The notes beneath the pieces were generated by a model. The model was not told the origin of the DNA. It saw only the letters and a list, made by a program, of their open reading frames with translations, and searched no databases. A DNA stretch of 64,000 bases from Mobula hypostoma. Lineage: Eukaryota. Each line of letters begins with the position of its first letter. The stretch's first letter is position 1. Location of the stretch: positions 173,230,001 through 173,294,000 of the forward strand of contig NC_086097.1 in NCBI RefSeq assembly GCF_963921235.1, written 5' to 3'. This document shows, piece after piece, positions 40,201 through 53,458 of the stretch. Made by a program: the position numbers and the translations under genes.

Positions 40201-41272
40201 TCCAAGGAGACCTTGCTTTGTGGATTCAGAATTGCCTTGCCCACATAAGGCAAAGGGTAGTTGTAGATGGTTCGTATTCTGCATGGAAGAAGGTAACCAC
40301 TGGTATTCTGCAAGGATCTGTTCTGGGATCCCTCCACTTTGTGATTTTTATAAATGACCTGTATGAAGAATTAGAGGGGTTGGTTAGTAAGTTTGCTGAT
40401 GACATAAAGGTTGGGCGTGTTGTGGATAGTCTGGAGGGTTATCAGAGGTTACAGTGGGATATCGATAGGATGCAGAACTGGGTTGAAAAGTGGCAGATGG
40501 ACTTCAACCCAGATAAGCGTGAAGTAGTTCATTTTGGTAGGTCTACTTCAAGACAGAATATAATATATAAGGTAAGACTCTTGGCAGTGGGGAGGATCTG
40601 AGAGATCTTGGGATCAGTGTCAGCAGGGCACTCAAAGCTGCTGCGCAGGTTGACAGCGTTGTTAAGAAGGCGTATTGTGTGTTGGCCTTCATCAACCATG
40701 GGATTGAGTTCAAGAGCCGTGAGGTAATGACATGGCTATATAAGACCTTGGCCAGACCCCACTTGGAGTACTGTTTCAAGTCCTGGTCACCTCACTACAG
40801 GAAGGATGTGGATACTATAGAGAGAGTGCAGAGGAGATTTACAAGGGTGTTGCCTGGATTGGAGGGCGTACCTGGCCTTTTCTCCTTGCAGCGACAGAGG
40901 ATAAGAGGCGAACTGACAGAGGTATATAAGATGATGAGGGGCACTGATTGTGTGGATAGCCAGAGGCTTTTTCCCAGGGCTGAAATAGCTAACATGAGAG
41001 GACATTGTTTTAAGATGCTTGGAAATAGGTACCAAGGGGATGTCAGAAGTATGTTTTTCACACAGAGAGTGGTGGGTGCGTGGAATGCACTGCCGGCGGC
41101 AGTGGTCGAAGTGGATACAAATCTTTGAAGAGTCTCTGAGATAGATACATGGAGCTTAGAAAAGTAGAGGGCCATGCACTAGGGAAATTCTAGGCAGACT
41201 CAAGAGTAGATTACATGGTCGGCACAAGATTGTGGGCCAAAGGGCCTTCAATGAGCTGTAATTTTCTATGTT
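37270..41272 (+). mobile_element. Near full-length degraded CR1 LINE with an SGNH-esterase-type ORF1
   Basis: ORF1 pieces VCLPGARVCDI, VMVHIDTND, GLHLNPRG; ORF2 ITETW, KRGGG, NYRPVSFTSVVGKLLE, FADD, RPHLEYC; tail ttctatgtt near 41265. Confidence 0.95.
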
Positions 41273-41756
41273 CAACCAAACCTGATTTCATTCCTTTAGA
41301 GTATTGAATAAAATGCTAATTTAAGTAATAATGATCATTTTATTACTAGAGTTTGTAAAAATATGGTTCAAAAATGTTCTCTAGAGACAAACATTTGACA
41401 TCCTTATCCTGTGTGGCTGATATATGAGTCATCATTTTATATAGCTTTTAACTTCCCTTTGCAATGACCTAAAAGCCTATCAAGGGCAATGAGGAATGAA
41501 GAAATAATTGTTGGCTTTGGAATCACATCCACTCCCTGTAGACAAGTGAAAAAGCATCTCTGATTGTCTTCCTTGTTCTTTTGCTGGGAGTTCAACGGAC
41601 ATTCACTAGCTCATTAACAATATAATTTGCACACTTCTTTGTTAACATTTATATAGCTACTATGGAAGTTGGTTCATCTGTGTTATATTCAATGTCAAAC
41701 CACAACCTTCAGTTTATCTGATTAATTTTGAAAGACCATCTAAGGTCTGTCTAAAG

Positions 41757-41836
41757 CAGAGATTCCCAACCATTTTTATTCCATGGACCCCTACCATTAA
41801 CTGAGGGGTCCATGGACTCCAGGCTGGCAACCACTG
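41757..41836. mobile_element. 80-bp hAT/Charlie-type MITE
   Basis: Imperfect TIRs CAGAGATTCCCAACC and GGCTGGCAACCACTG; internal perfect inverted repeat TCCATGGACCCCT/AGGGGTCCATGGA; decayed 8-bp flanks GTCTAAAG/GTTGAAAA. Confidence 0.7.
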
Positions 41837-42494
41837 GTTGAAAACTTCATTTGAGGATTTTTTGCATGTGTACAGTGCATGGACCATTTTGGTTTTCTAC
41901 GATGGAAGAATTGTTAATAACTATTCAAATCAAGTTCACAGTTTAGTTACAGTGGGCTGAAAGAAATGAGATGCTGCTCTGGAAATGTGTAAATAGAAAA
42001 TAACAGTGGTGAAGAAAAATCTCCCTGGTCATATGTCAACATGAAAGTAAAAGCAAAAAAATAATTTAAGTTATGCCTTCAAATGAACAATAATACTAAC
42101 TATATTCTGAAAATAACTCTCTCAAATTACAGCTGCCACAAAAATCTGTTGCCAATTAAAAAGATTCATATCCAAACCATCTCAAAACAAAAGTCCTGAC
42201 TAAATGAATACTTCACAGCATCTCACACAATTTAAAAAACGTTCTTTCACAAACTTTGTCCCTCAAACATGATTTTAACCACAGTTCTTGAAATCTCAAA
42301 AAGCTTGCCACCATGTTTGCTTCACCACTTTATGTCACATTAGGTATTTTTCCCAATGACTCATCTTCAAATTCATACACCATTATCTTCTTTAGTGAGC
42401 TAAACGCACACATAGAAAAACAAGAAAGACCGAAGTCAAATTGCAAAATCTTAAAATAATTACGTTTTGATAGTAGGTCATAAACTTCAAACAT

Positions 42495-43180
42495 CTGAAT
42501 CAGGTTTAATATCACTGGCATATGCCGTGAAATTTGTTAACTTTGCGGCAGCAGTACGATATGGTACATGATAATATAGGAAAAAAACTGAATTACAGTA
42601 ATTACATATATGTCTATTAAATAGTAAAATTAAATAAGTAGTGTAAAAACAGAAATAAAAAGTAGTGAGGCAGTGTTCATGGGTTCAACGTCCATTCAGA
42701 AATTGGTTGGCAGAGGGGAAGAAGCTCTCCTTGAATTGCTGAGTGTGCGCTTTCAGGTTTCTGTATCTCCTTCCTGATTGTAACAATGAGAAGAGTGCAT
42801 GCCTTGGGAGGTGGGAGTCCTAAAAGATGAACACTACCTTTTTGAGCCACCTCTCCTTGAAGATGTCTTGGATACTATGTAGGCTAGTGCAGAAGGAGCT
42901 CACTAATTTTACAACTCCCTGCAGCTTACTTCAACCCTGTACAGTAGGCTCTCCACAGTACATCCATAGAAATTTGTGAGTGTTTCATGTGACAAACCAA
43001 ATCTCCTGAAACCCCTAATGAAATATAGCCACTGTCTTGCCTTCTTTACAGCTGCATCGATATATAAGGACCAGATTATGTCCTCAGAGATATTAACACC
43101 CAGAAACTTGAAATTGCTCACTCTCTCCACTTTTGATCCCTCTTTGAGGAATGGTTTGTATTCCTTCATCTTACCCTTAT
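42495..43180 (-). mobile_element. Rex1/Babar LINE 3' fragment with 3' UTR
   Basis: VERVSNFKFLGVNISEDIIW, KKARQWLYFIR, FYGCTVESLL; tail (GATTC)-like. Confidence 0.85.
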
Positions 43181-44065
43181 TTTCCTCTCTCCACAAAATA
43201 TGTGGGTCTACTGAGTATCTTGAACAGTTTATTTAAAATCTGATCATTTCCTTCTCCAGGTCTGGAGCATCAGATCACATGATTCAAAATAATTCTGTCT
43301 ATAATTCTTACAGTATTATGTCATTCACTGTCAAATGCCACCTATCTGTAAAAATATAGTCTACATAACTACAGTTAGATCAATAGTCTCAACGACGCAC
43401 ACAAAATGCTGGAGGCACTCATCAGGTCAGGAAGCATCCTTTTTTTCGCAGTGAGACCCAAATGGAAACATCGATGGTCAAATTTGACCAAATGATTGAG
43501 AAAGAAAATAGAAAGGCATAGACTATGCAGAATTTTGTCAGCAGTTCTAATCAACACTTAAACTGAGGTACACACTGTGGAATGCATAAGTTCAGCATAT
43601 AACGAATGATTGCACATGCAATCTGGCCTGTATAGAATTCCCCAACATTACAAGGAGAATTCCAAAGTACCCTGCTCCACGTCAACCCTAGTGCAGGAGC
43701 CAAGGCCTAATTAACTTCAATGCGGACTGATTAAGAGTTAGAAGACAACACTCAAATTATATTGCTTTAGTACGACGTTTAGAATTATTTTTAAATGTTT
43801 TGTGTTTTAATTAAATTATTTTAATTTCATTTCAGAACGAGAGGGCCTAGATAAAGTGAACATACAGAGGATGTTTCCAATAGTAGGAGAGTCTAGGACT
43901 GGAGGCACGGCCTCAGAATAGAAGGACATCCCTTTAGAACAGAGATGAGGAGGAATTTCTTTAGCCAGGGAGTGGTGAATCAGTGGAAATCATTCAAACA
44001 GATAGCTGTGGAGGACAAGTACTGGGTATATATAAAGTGTAGGTTGATGGATACTTAATTAGTTC

Positions 44066-44530
44066 CTAGAAGAGGTCATAGACTGACATTTCACAATGGG
44101 AATGGGGATTGGAATTAAAATAGTTGGTCACGGAGAAATCCTGCTTTCTTACAGATACAGTGAAGCTGCTTAACAAAGCGGTCTCCCAATCTACGTCAGG
44201 CCTCACCAGTGTTGAGGAGGCTGCATCAGAAGCACCAGATACAGTAGATGACCCCAATAGGTTCACAAGTGAAGTGTTGCCTCACCTGAAAGGACTGTTT
44301 GGGGCCCCAAATGGAGGTGAGGGAGGAGGTGAATGGACAGGTGTTGCACTTCTTCCGCATGCAGGGATAACTGCCAGAAGTGAGATTTGTGGGGAGGAAT
44401 AAATGGATAAGGGAATCACAAAGGGAACAATCCCTGTGGAAAGCAGAGAGTGGGGGGGTGGGGAGGTAAAGATGTGTTTGGTGATAGAATTGCTGTTGAA
44501 GATGGTGGAAGGAAAGATGCCTGACTCTAG
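44066..44530 (-). mobile_element. Penelope-like element fragment, GIY-YIG endonuclease region
   Basis: GSYPC.RKKCNTCP..GPKQSFQVRQHFTCE..GVIYCIWC..TGE..RRLGDRF. Confidence 0.85.
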
Positions 44531-44809
44531 TTCTGTTTTTTTTTTCATTTAACATCACTGCACTACTATCAATATGCAAAAAAAAAACTCATATGAAAAC
44601 AGTGAGACATTGAAAGGGATTGGGTGTTTAGAAAGAGAAATATATTCTCTACCCTACACATTCCTGTCAAAAAAGAAAGTGAAGTAATTATGTTTAACAC
44701 ACAGGGCAAATAAGCGTGATAAAATAAAGGAAGCAACTTACTCAAATGATAAGAAAAACAACTATACAGTCAACAGGATATCAGGGGAGACAAAAATATT
44801 TTTGAGGCA

Positions 44810-45866
44810 TTCAGAAGGCCTCTGACAAGGTACTACATATGAGGCTGCTTATTAAGTTAACAGCCCACATCATTACAGGAAACTTACTGGCATGGTTAGA
44901 GCATTGGCTGATTGATAGGAGGCAGAGAGTGGGAATAAAAGGATCCTTTTCTGGTTGGCTGCCAGTGACTAGTGGTGTTCCGTAGGGGTCGGTGTTGGGA
45001 CCACTTTTTATGCTGTATATCAATAATTTAGCTGATGGAATAGATGGCTTTGTTGCCAAGTTTGCAGATGATACAAAGATTGGTGAGGGGCAGGTAGTGT
45101 GAGGAAACAGGTAGGCTGCAGAAGGCCTTAGACAGATTAGGAGAATGGGCAAGGAAGTGACAAATGAAATTCTATTTTCTAAACAGGGAGAAAATCTTAA
45201 ATCTGAGATGCAAAGGGACTTGGGAGTCCTTGTGCAGAACACCCTAAAGTTTAACTTGCAGGCAGAGTCAGTGGGAGGAAGGCAAATGCAATGTTAGCAT
45301 TCATTTCAAGAGGTCTAGAATACAAGAGCAGGATGTGATGCTGAGGCTTTATAAGGTACTGGTGAGGCCTCACCTTCAGTATTGTGAACAGTTTTGTGCA
45401 CCTCATCGAAGAAAAATGTGCTGGCATTGGAGAGGATTCAGAGGAGGTTCACAAGGATGATTCTGGGAATGAAAGGGTTATCACACAAGGAACATTTGAT
45501 AGCTCTGCGTCTGTACTCTCTGGAATTTAGTGGGGATCTCACTGAAACCTTTTGAATGTTGAAAGACTGTTTCCAATAGTGGGGGAGTCTAAGACAAGAG
45601 GGCACAGCCTTAGGATAGAGAGGCATCCATTTAAAACAGAGATTTGGGAAAATTTCTTTACCACAGGCAGCTGTGAAGGCCAGAATGTTGGGCGTACTTA
45701 AGGCAGAGCTTGATAGATTCTTGATTGAACACGGCATCAAAGGTAACAGGGAGAAAGCAGGGAAGTGGGGCTGAGGAGGGGCAAAAAGGATCAGCCATGA
45801 TTGAATGGCAGAGCAGGCTTGAAGGGCCAAATTGCCTAATTCTGCTCCTATGTCTTATGGTCTTAT
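44810..45866 (+). mobile_element. CR1 LINE, 5'-truncated RT fragment
   Basis: VTSGVP.GSVLGP, KFADDTK, RPHLQYC; tail cttatggtcttatgg. Confidence 0.9.
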
Positions 45867-46324
45867 GGAATTGAGGCAGTGGGGCCCAGGCCCAAGGGTA
45901 GGGAGTGAGCCAGTGCTTGGCCATTGCTGGAGCAGACTTGGATGCCATTTGATATGGCAGAATCAAGGTAGGGCGAGAAGAGGTGAGACAGAATTGAGGT
46001 GTGGAGGGCTGAGCCCAGGTCCAGGAGCAAAGAAAGCCCCAAGGTTTCATTAACAAGCACTGTGCTGAACTGGAAAGATTGGGTAAGGGCTGAATTGAGG
46101 CAGCGGGGCCTGGGTCTGAGAGCCTATCAATGTAGTAGGGCCCAGGTCCACGAGCAAGGTTTGGACAGTTCAACCGCTGGGTCATATTGAAAAGATTAGC
46201 TGTCGATTCCGGTGACGTCATCGCTCAGAATGGCAGCTTAAATTAATAGCTCCTCCAGAAAAACGCACATTTTGCCCCGTTAATCCATCAAATATAAGAT
46301 CTTACGAAAATATCTGAATTGATA

Positions 46325-47347
46325 ATGGGGGCGAGAATGGGGAAAAAGAATGGAGATCAAGAAAGCATCACTGTGGAGCCTATGGACGAGAGGGATGCAA
46401 CGAGCAGCTCTCCTAACCGAACATGTGGTAGCGAGGCTGATGATGACGATGGGCCTCATTCAGGCGAAGCAGCAAATATGATAAAAATTCTGGAAGAGAT
46501 ACGGGGATTCCAAGAAGATATAAAACAGCAACTAAATGATATCGTCAGAGCTGACCAATGTCAATCAAAAAATAGCAGCGGCAGAGACATGAACTGAGAA
46601 GGTGGAAGATCGCGTGCAAAACATGGAACGAATACTAAGTAAGACGATAAAAATATTAAATCAACAAGAAAGTAAACTGCTTGACCAAGAGGGAAGATCA
46701 CGACGGAAAAATATCAGGATACACAATGTTCCCGAAGGAGCGGAGGGTTTGTCTATGATAGAGTTTGTAGGAAAGTTGCTGCGGGACGTGCTGGAGATTC
46801 CCTAGACTATGGAACTTGAAATTGAGAGGGCACATTGTGCACTCGTCCTGAGGCCTACTGGAGACAGAGAAGATGAGCTACACTCAATAGTAATTAGATT
46901 CCTTCGATACAATACCAAGGCGGAGATACTACGAGGGGTTTTGGGAAAGAAGAGGGTGTTTTTGAAAGGGAAGTTAATATATTTCGATCAAGATTACCCC
47001 CTGGCGGTCCTGCAGAAACGTAAAGAATACTCTGAAGTAAAGCGACTATTAAAGCAAGGAAGATTAGATTCCAAACTCCATACCCTGCTAAACCACGAGT
47101 GTTTTATGAAGATGGGACCCAACTGTATCAGACAGTGGAAGAGGCGACTACAGACATGAGGAACAGTGGGCTGCCCGTTCGCGTGGTCAAACCAAGGGAA
47201 AGCCTGGCTGAGCAGTAATCCCAGTCTGCTTGGGAAATAGTAAGAGAACCAAGGAAGCAGGGGACAGGAGGTGGGCAAGAGAAGAATATCAGGAAAAGAC
47301 TGTGAGTTTTCCAAAGACAGCCCTCACCCCCTCCAGAAGAGCCATAA
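46325..47347 (+). pseudogene. L1 ORF1p (coiled coil + RRM + CTD), frameshifted
   Basis: EDRVQ..DQEGRSRRKNIRIHNVPEGAEG, EIERAH, IYFDQDYP..LQKRKEY. Confidence 0.9.
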
Positions 47348-47484
47348 GGTTTGGCTAACTTTAAAACTGTTGTTAAGCTAAACTGAAGCAAAAATAGGCG
47401 GTGCTATACCTATCTCAAGAAATACTTACTATAATGTGGATTTTAAATGACTCAATTTTTTTTATTCATTCATTCACTCCTTTT

Positions 47485-49537
47485 AGAAACATAGAAACAT
47501 AGAAAATAGGTGCAGGAGTAGGCCATTCGGCCCTTCGAGCCTGCACCGCCATTTATTATGATCATGGCTGATCATCCAACTCAGAACCCCGCCCCAGCCT
47601 TCCCTCCATACCCCCGACCCCTGTAGCCACAAGGGCCATATCTAACTCCCTCTTAAACATAGCCAATGAACTGGCCTCAACAGTTTCCTGTGGCAGAGAA
47701 TTCCACAGATTCACCACTCTCTGTGTGAAGAAGTTTTTCCTAATCTCGGTCCTAAAAGGCTTCCCCTCTATCCTCAAACTGTGACCCCTCGTTCTGGACT
47801 TCCCCAACATCGGGAACAATCTTCCTGCATCTAGCCTGTCCAATCCCTTTAGGATCTTATACGTTTCAATCAGATCCCCCCTCAATCTTCTAAATTCCAA
47901 TGAGTACAAGCCCAGTTCATCCAGTCTTTCTTCATATGAAAGTCCTGCCATCCCAGGAATCAATCTGGTGAACCTTCTTTGTACTCCCTCTATGGCAAAG
48001 ATGTCTTTCCTCAGATTAGGGGACCAAAACTGCACACAATACTCCAGGTGTGGTCTCACCAAGGCCTTGTACAACTGCAGTAGTACCTCCCTGCTCCTGT
48101 ACTCGAATCCTCTCGCTATAAATGCCAGCATACCATTCGCCTTTTTCACCGCCTGCTGTACCTGCATGCCCACTTTCAATGACTGGTGTATAATGACACC
48201 CAGGTCTCGTTGCACCTCCCCTTTTCCTAATTGGCCACCATTCAGGTAATAATCTGTTTTCCTATTTTTGCCACCAAAGTGGATAACTTCACATTTATCC
48301 ACATTAAATTGCATCTGCCATGAGTTTGCCCACTCACCCAACCTATCCAAGTCACCCTGCATCCTCTTAGCATCCTCCTCACTGCTAACACTGCCACCCA
48401 GCTTCGTGTCATCCGCAAACTTGGAGATGCTGCATTTAATTCCCTCATCCAAGTCATTAATATATATTGTAAACAACTGGGGTCCCAGCACTGAGCCTTG
48501 CGGTACCCCACTAGTCACCGCCTGCCATTCTGAAAAGGTCCCGTTTATTCCCACTCTTTGCTTCCTGTCTGCTAACCAATTCTCCACCCACACCAATACC
48601 TTACCCCCAATACCGTGTGCTTTAAGTTTGCACACTAATCTCCTGTGTGGGACCTTGTCAAAAGCCTTTTGAAAATCCAAATATACCACATCCACTGGTT
48701 CTCCCCTATCCACTCTACTAGTTACATCCTCAAAAAATTCTATGAGATTCGTCAGACATGATTTTCCTTTCACAAATCCATGCTGACTTTGTCCGATCAT
48801 TTCACTGCTTTCCAAATGTGCTGTTATCACATCCTTGATAACTGACTCTAGCAGTTTCCCCACCACCAACGTTAGGCTAACCGGTCTATAATTCCCCGGT
48901 TTCTCTCTCCCTCCTTTTTTAAAAAGTGGGGTTATATTAGCCACCCTCCAATCCTCAGGAACTAGTCCAGAATCTAACGAGTTTTGAAAAATGGTTACTA
49001 ATGCATCCACTATTTCTTGGGCTACTTCCTTAAGCACTCTAGGATGCAGACCATCTGGCCCTAGGGATTTATCTGCCTTCAATCCCTTCAATTTACCTAA
49101 CACCACTTCCCTACTAACATGTATTTCACTCAGTTCCTCCATCTCACTGGACCCTCTGTCCCTTACTATTTCTGGAAGATTATTTATGTCCTCCTTAGTG
49201 AAAACAGAACCAAAGTAATTATTCAATTGGTCTGCCATGTCCTTGCTCCCCATAATCAATTCACCTGTTTCTGTCTGCAGGGGACCTACATTTGTCTTTA
49301 CCAGTCTTTTCCTTTTTACATATCTATAAAAGCTTTTACAGTCCGTTTTTATGTTCCCCGCCAGTTTTCTCTCATAATCTTTTTTCCCCTTCCTAATTAA
49401 GCCCTTTGTCCTCCTCTGCTGAACTCTGAATTTCTCCCAGTCCTCAGGTGAGCCACTTTCTCTGGCTAATTTGTATGCTACTTCTTTGGAATTGATACTA
49501 TCCCTAATTGCTCTTGTCAGCCACGGGTGCACTACCT
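47485..49537 (-). mobile_element. Young 5'-truncated CR1 LINE with an uninterrupted RT reading frame, inserted in the L1 inter-ORF spacer
   Basis: No stop across ~650 codons ([33 protein letters not shown]); tail (TTTCTATG)n; TSD TCCTTTT at 47478-47484 and 49538-49544. Confidence 0.96.
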
Positions 49538-51377
49538 TCCTTTTTCGCCACGTAAATGAGAATATATATATATATGGGAGGAATACACAGGGAAATCTTT
49601 TCTGTGTAATAGACACTTACTTTTATGGGTACTGCAATGGGGGCCCTCAACTCACAGGTAGGAGTGGCTATGCCCCACAGCTAGACAGTTCCTCTAGCTC
49701 AACCCAGGGTCATCTGCTAGAGACCTCAGCCTTGGAATCACACCTTTGTTGCCTTTTTTTAAATTATTCGTGTTTCTTTCTTCTTATTTGTTCAGAGAGT
49801 AGATCAATTAAGTTTTATTCTGCTAATTTCAATGATATATTGACAGATAAATACACATGACTAAGGACAAAGTAAAACTCATTTCTTTTAATGTTAATGG
49901 GCTATTAAATCCAATGAAACATGGTAAAGTTCTATCCAAAATGAAAACAGAACAAGCCCATGTAGTATATTTACAAGAAACTCACTTAAGTGATAATGAG
50001 CATGGAAAACTAAAGAGAATGGGCTGCACTAATTTGTTTTTCTCCTCATATAAATCAGGACATAGGAGAGGAGTTGCTATTCTTATCTCAAGCAAGCTAA
50101 ATTTTGAAAAAGTATTTGAAATGGGAGATAAGGAAGGCAGATATATTCTGGTAAGGGGGAATATAGACAGAAATTCAGTTACTCTATTGAATATATACGC
50201 ATCCCCAGGAAGTGCCATTAGTTTCTTTCAGAAAATTACTAATATTATGGTAACAAAAACAGAAGGTCTCCTGATATGTGGGGCAGACTTAAATTTACAA
50301 TTTCAACCAAAGTTAGACTCTTCCAATAGAAAAACCTATGAAACAAAATCCTTACATAAGAAAGTTAATACACTTTTTGAGGATGTTGGTCTAATTGATA
50401 TATGGAGGGACCTTTACCCTGACAGAAGAGATTACACTCATTATTCTACCCCCCTTCTGTACGTACAAGAATAGACTATTTCATAACATTTGGAAAAGAC
50501 AAAGACAAAATAAACACCTGTGGAATTGGAACAATAGATGTAAGTGACCTATGTAATTATCTGTTGATTTTGACCTACAACCAAAGAATACTATTTGAAA
50601 ACTAAATTCAAGTCTACTCAATGATCCCCCACTTTAAAGAACGAATTAAAAAAGAAATTGGTCTTTCCTTAGAATTCAATGATAATGAAGAGGTTTCACC
50701 TCCCATTCTATGGGATACTCTGAAGGCTGCCTTAAGAGGGAAAATTATAGCGATATCTTCATATAAGAAAAAAATAGGGAATAAAACACTAGAGGAATTA
50801 CAGAATAGGCTGAAGGAACTAGAAAAAAAACAAATTGAATTTGGCACAGGATACATTAGAGTAAATTTTAAAAATTAGGAATGAAATTAATAGTTTGGCC
50901 TTGCAAGAAATCAGGAAAAATTTAATGTTTCTGAAACAGAGACATTATGAAAGTGGATCTAAATCTATGAAAATACTAGCGTGGAAACTGAAAAAAAAGA
51001 TACCAGAAAATACAATTCATAGAATTAGGGATCCAAGAACAAAAATGAAAAAAAAAATAAACTAAGTGAAACTCAAGAAGCTTTTGAAGTGTTTTATAAA
51101 ACTCTATATTCCAAAGTTCCAGGGGGAAGCATAACCCATATTGATGCTTTCCACAATTCTCTAGAGTTACCCACTTTAAGCGAAGAACAAAATAGAATGA
51201 TGACTGCTGACATAACTGAAGTTGAACTAAAAATTGCAATTAGTAGGCTTAAATTAGGCAAGTCACCAGGATCAAATGGGTATATGGCAGAGTGGTACAA
51301 AGAATTTAAAAATGAGTTAATTCCTGTCTTACTCCCCACACTGAACTGGGCTCTAAAAAAGGCACAAATGCCACCAA

Positions 51378-51507
51378 ACAACAGGAATTCTGCAGCTGCT
51401 GGAAATTCAAGCAACACACATCAAAGTTGCTGGTGAACACAGCAGGCCAGGCAGCATCTCTAGGAAAAGGTACAGTCGACGTTTCAGGCCGAGACCCTTC
51501 GTCAGGA
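51378..51507 (-). mobile_element. 130-bp Penelope-like 3' terminal insert within L1 ORF2
   Basis: TSD CACCAA at 51372-51377 and 51508-51513; removing the insert restores L1 KKAQMPP-SWKE. Confidence 0.85.
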
Positions 51508-51508
51508 C
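51475..51508 (-). ncRNA. Minimal type I hammerhead ribozyme motif
   Basis: GUC-CUGACGA-AGGgucucggCCU-GAAAC-GUC^GAC: both core boxes, stem II AGG/CCU, short stem I GUC/GAC, palindromic ACGU stem III. Confidence 0.75.
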
Positions 51509-52835
51509 ACCAAGCTGGAAGGAAACGATAATCTCAGCTATACCAAAAGATGGCAAGGATAAAATGGAATATGGGTCACTTAGACCAATATCTGTTCTTA
51601 ATGTAGATTATAAATTATTTACCTCCATCATGGCAAAACAATTTAGAAGAGTTTCTACCCATACTGATACATAAGGATCAGACACGTTTTATACAACAAT
51701 GCCAAACACAAGACAATATACGAAAGACACTTCACATTATGGATCATATACAAAAAAATAAAATCGAAGCAATAGTGATAAGCGTGGACGCTGAAAAGGC
51801 ATTTGATTCGGTTAATTGGAATTTTCTTTACAGTGTTTTACATAGATCTGGTTTCAATGACACAATTATTAAAACTATACAGGCACTATATGACAACCCT
51901 ACTGCTAGGATCAAAACCAATGGATATTTATCAAATAGTTTTACCCTAGAAAGGGGCACGAGATACGTTTGTGCATGATCACCGCTACTCTTCGCATTAT
52001 ATCTGGAACCATTAGCTCAATACATCAGACAAAATGAAGATATCAAGGGAATTACTATTAAAGGGACGGAGCATAAACTGGCCTGTTACGTGGATGACAT
52101 TTTGATCTATCTAGGGCAACCAACATACTTTTTACCTAAATTGATGCAATCCTTTGAACAATATGGTCGATTATCAGGATACAAGATCAACATAGCTAAA
52201 ACCCAATTACTTTCCTATAACTATAGCCCACCAAGGGAAATTGAAAGTAGATATCCCTGGGCATGGCAAACAGAATCTTTCAAATATTTGGTCATCATCA
52301 TGCCAAAAGATTTGGCAAAATTATCAGAATGCAATTATCAGCCTGTATATAAAAAAATTAAGGAAGATATAACAAAATGGAACCTAATTCCTTTTTTTTT
52401 AGTCTCAGTTCAAGGATTGAATCTATTAAAATGAATATACTGCCCAGACTACTATATCTCTTTCAAACCCTACCAATAGAGATTAATCAAAATCAATTCA
52501 ATGAATGGAACAAAATGTTATCAAGATATATATGGCAAGGTAAAAGGCCTGGAGTTTGTCTCAAAACTTTGCAATTAGCCAAGGAAAAGGGGGGATGTGG
52601 CCTACCTTCTCTTAGAGATTATTATTTTGCAGCACAGTTGAGAGCTGTGATATGTTGGTGCAACTCATCATAGACGCTCAATGGAAAAACATTGTGGAGG
52701 GGATATTTCCCATCCCCATACAGGCAATTTTGGCTGATAACAGCCTACTTAAATACTATTGATAACCCATGGGTGAAACAGACTCTTAAAATATGGAAAA
52801 CTATTATAAAAGAATATAAACTAGAGGGAGACATT

Positions 52836-53458
52836 AGGCGGGAGGAGAAGACAGTGGCGCAATGCAGCACACGCAGCCCTCCGGTGAAATAATATTGTAT
52901 TTGTTACATAGGGTACCGTGTACAATTCTGATTTGATGGAGACAGACGTGAGAAGGCACAGAGGAACATCTAGAAATTTCTGAAATGCCCGGTTTGCTGC
53001 CGCTGCTATTGTGCGATCGAGCTGGCCCCAGATTCCCCAGCTTTGCCTGCTGCTGGCGACCGAGGCAGAGGTCGAAGTGTTCGGCAGAGATGGCACTCGG
53101 TACTTGGTGTCGGAGGGCTGATCGGAGCTCGAAGTTTTCGGACGACTCAGAGTTGGACTGTGGTCGGGTATGGCAGGGAGAGTTTTCTTCCTTCTCCCAT
53201 CTGCGTAAGATGTGGGACTTTCGAGAGACTTTGAACTTTTTTACTGTGCCATGGCCTGTTCTTCATCAAGTTATGGTATTGTTGCACTGTTGTAACTATT
53301 TGTTATAATTATGTGGTTTTTGTTAGTTTTTCAGTCTTGGTCTGTCCTGTGTTTCTGTGATATCACACCGGAGGAATATTGTATCATTTCCTAATGCATG
53401 CATTACTAAATGACAATAAAAGAGGACTGCGTGTCCTCATAATCTAATCTAATCTAAT
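52836..53458 (+). mobile_element. Non-coding, non-autonomous retroposon (copy 1) inserted in L1 ORF2
   Basis: ATT duplicated on both sides; L1 frame KLEGDI|AILKW is restored on removal; 3' stem-loop and (AATCT)n tail; homologous to 57255-57939. Confidence 0.85.

Noticed and set aside
47562..49616. 684-aa ORF as a functional host or RT gene
   Set aside because: It is a 5'-truncated CR1 lacking the endonuclease; the first ~26 codons come from antisense L1 spacer sequence beyond the TSD
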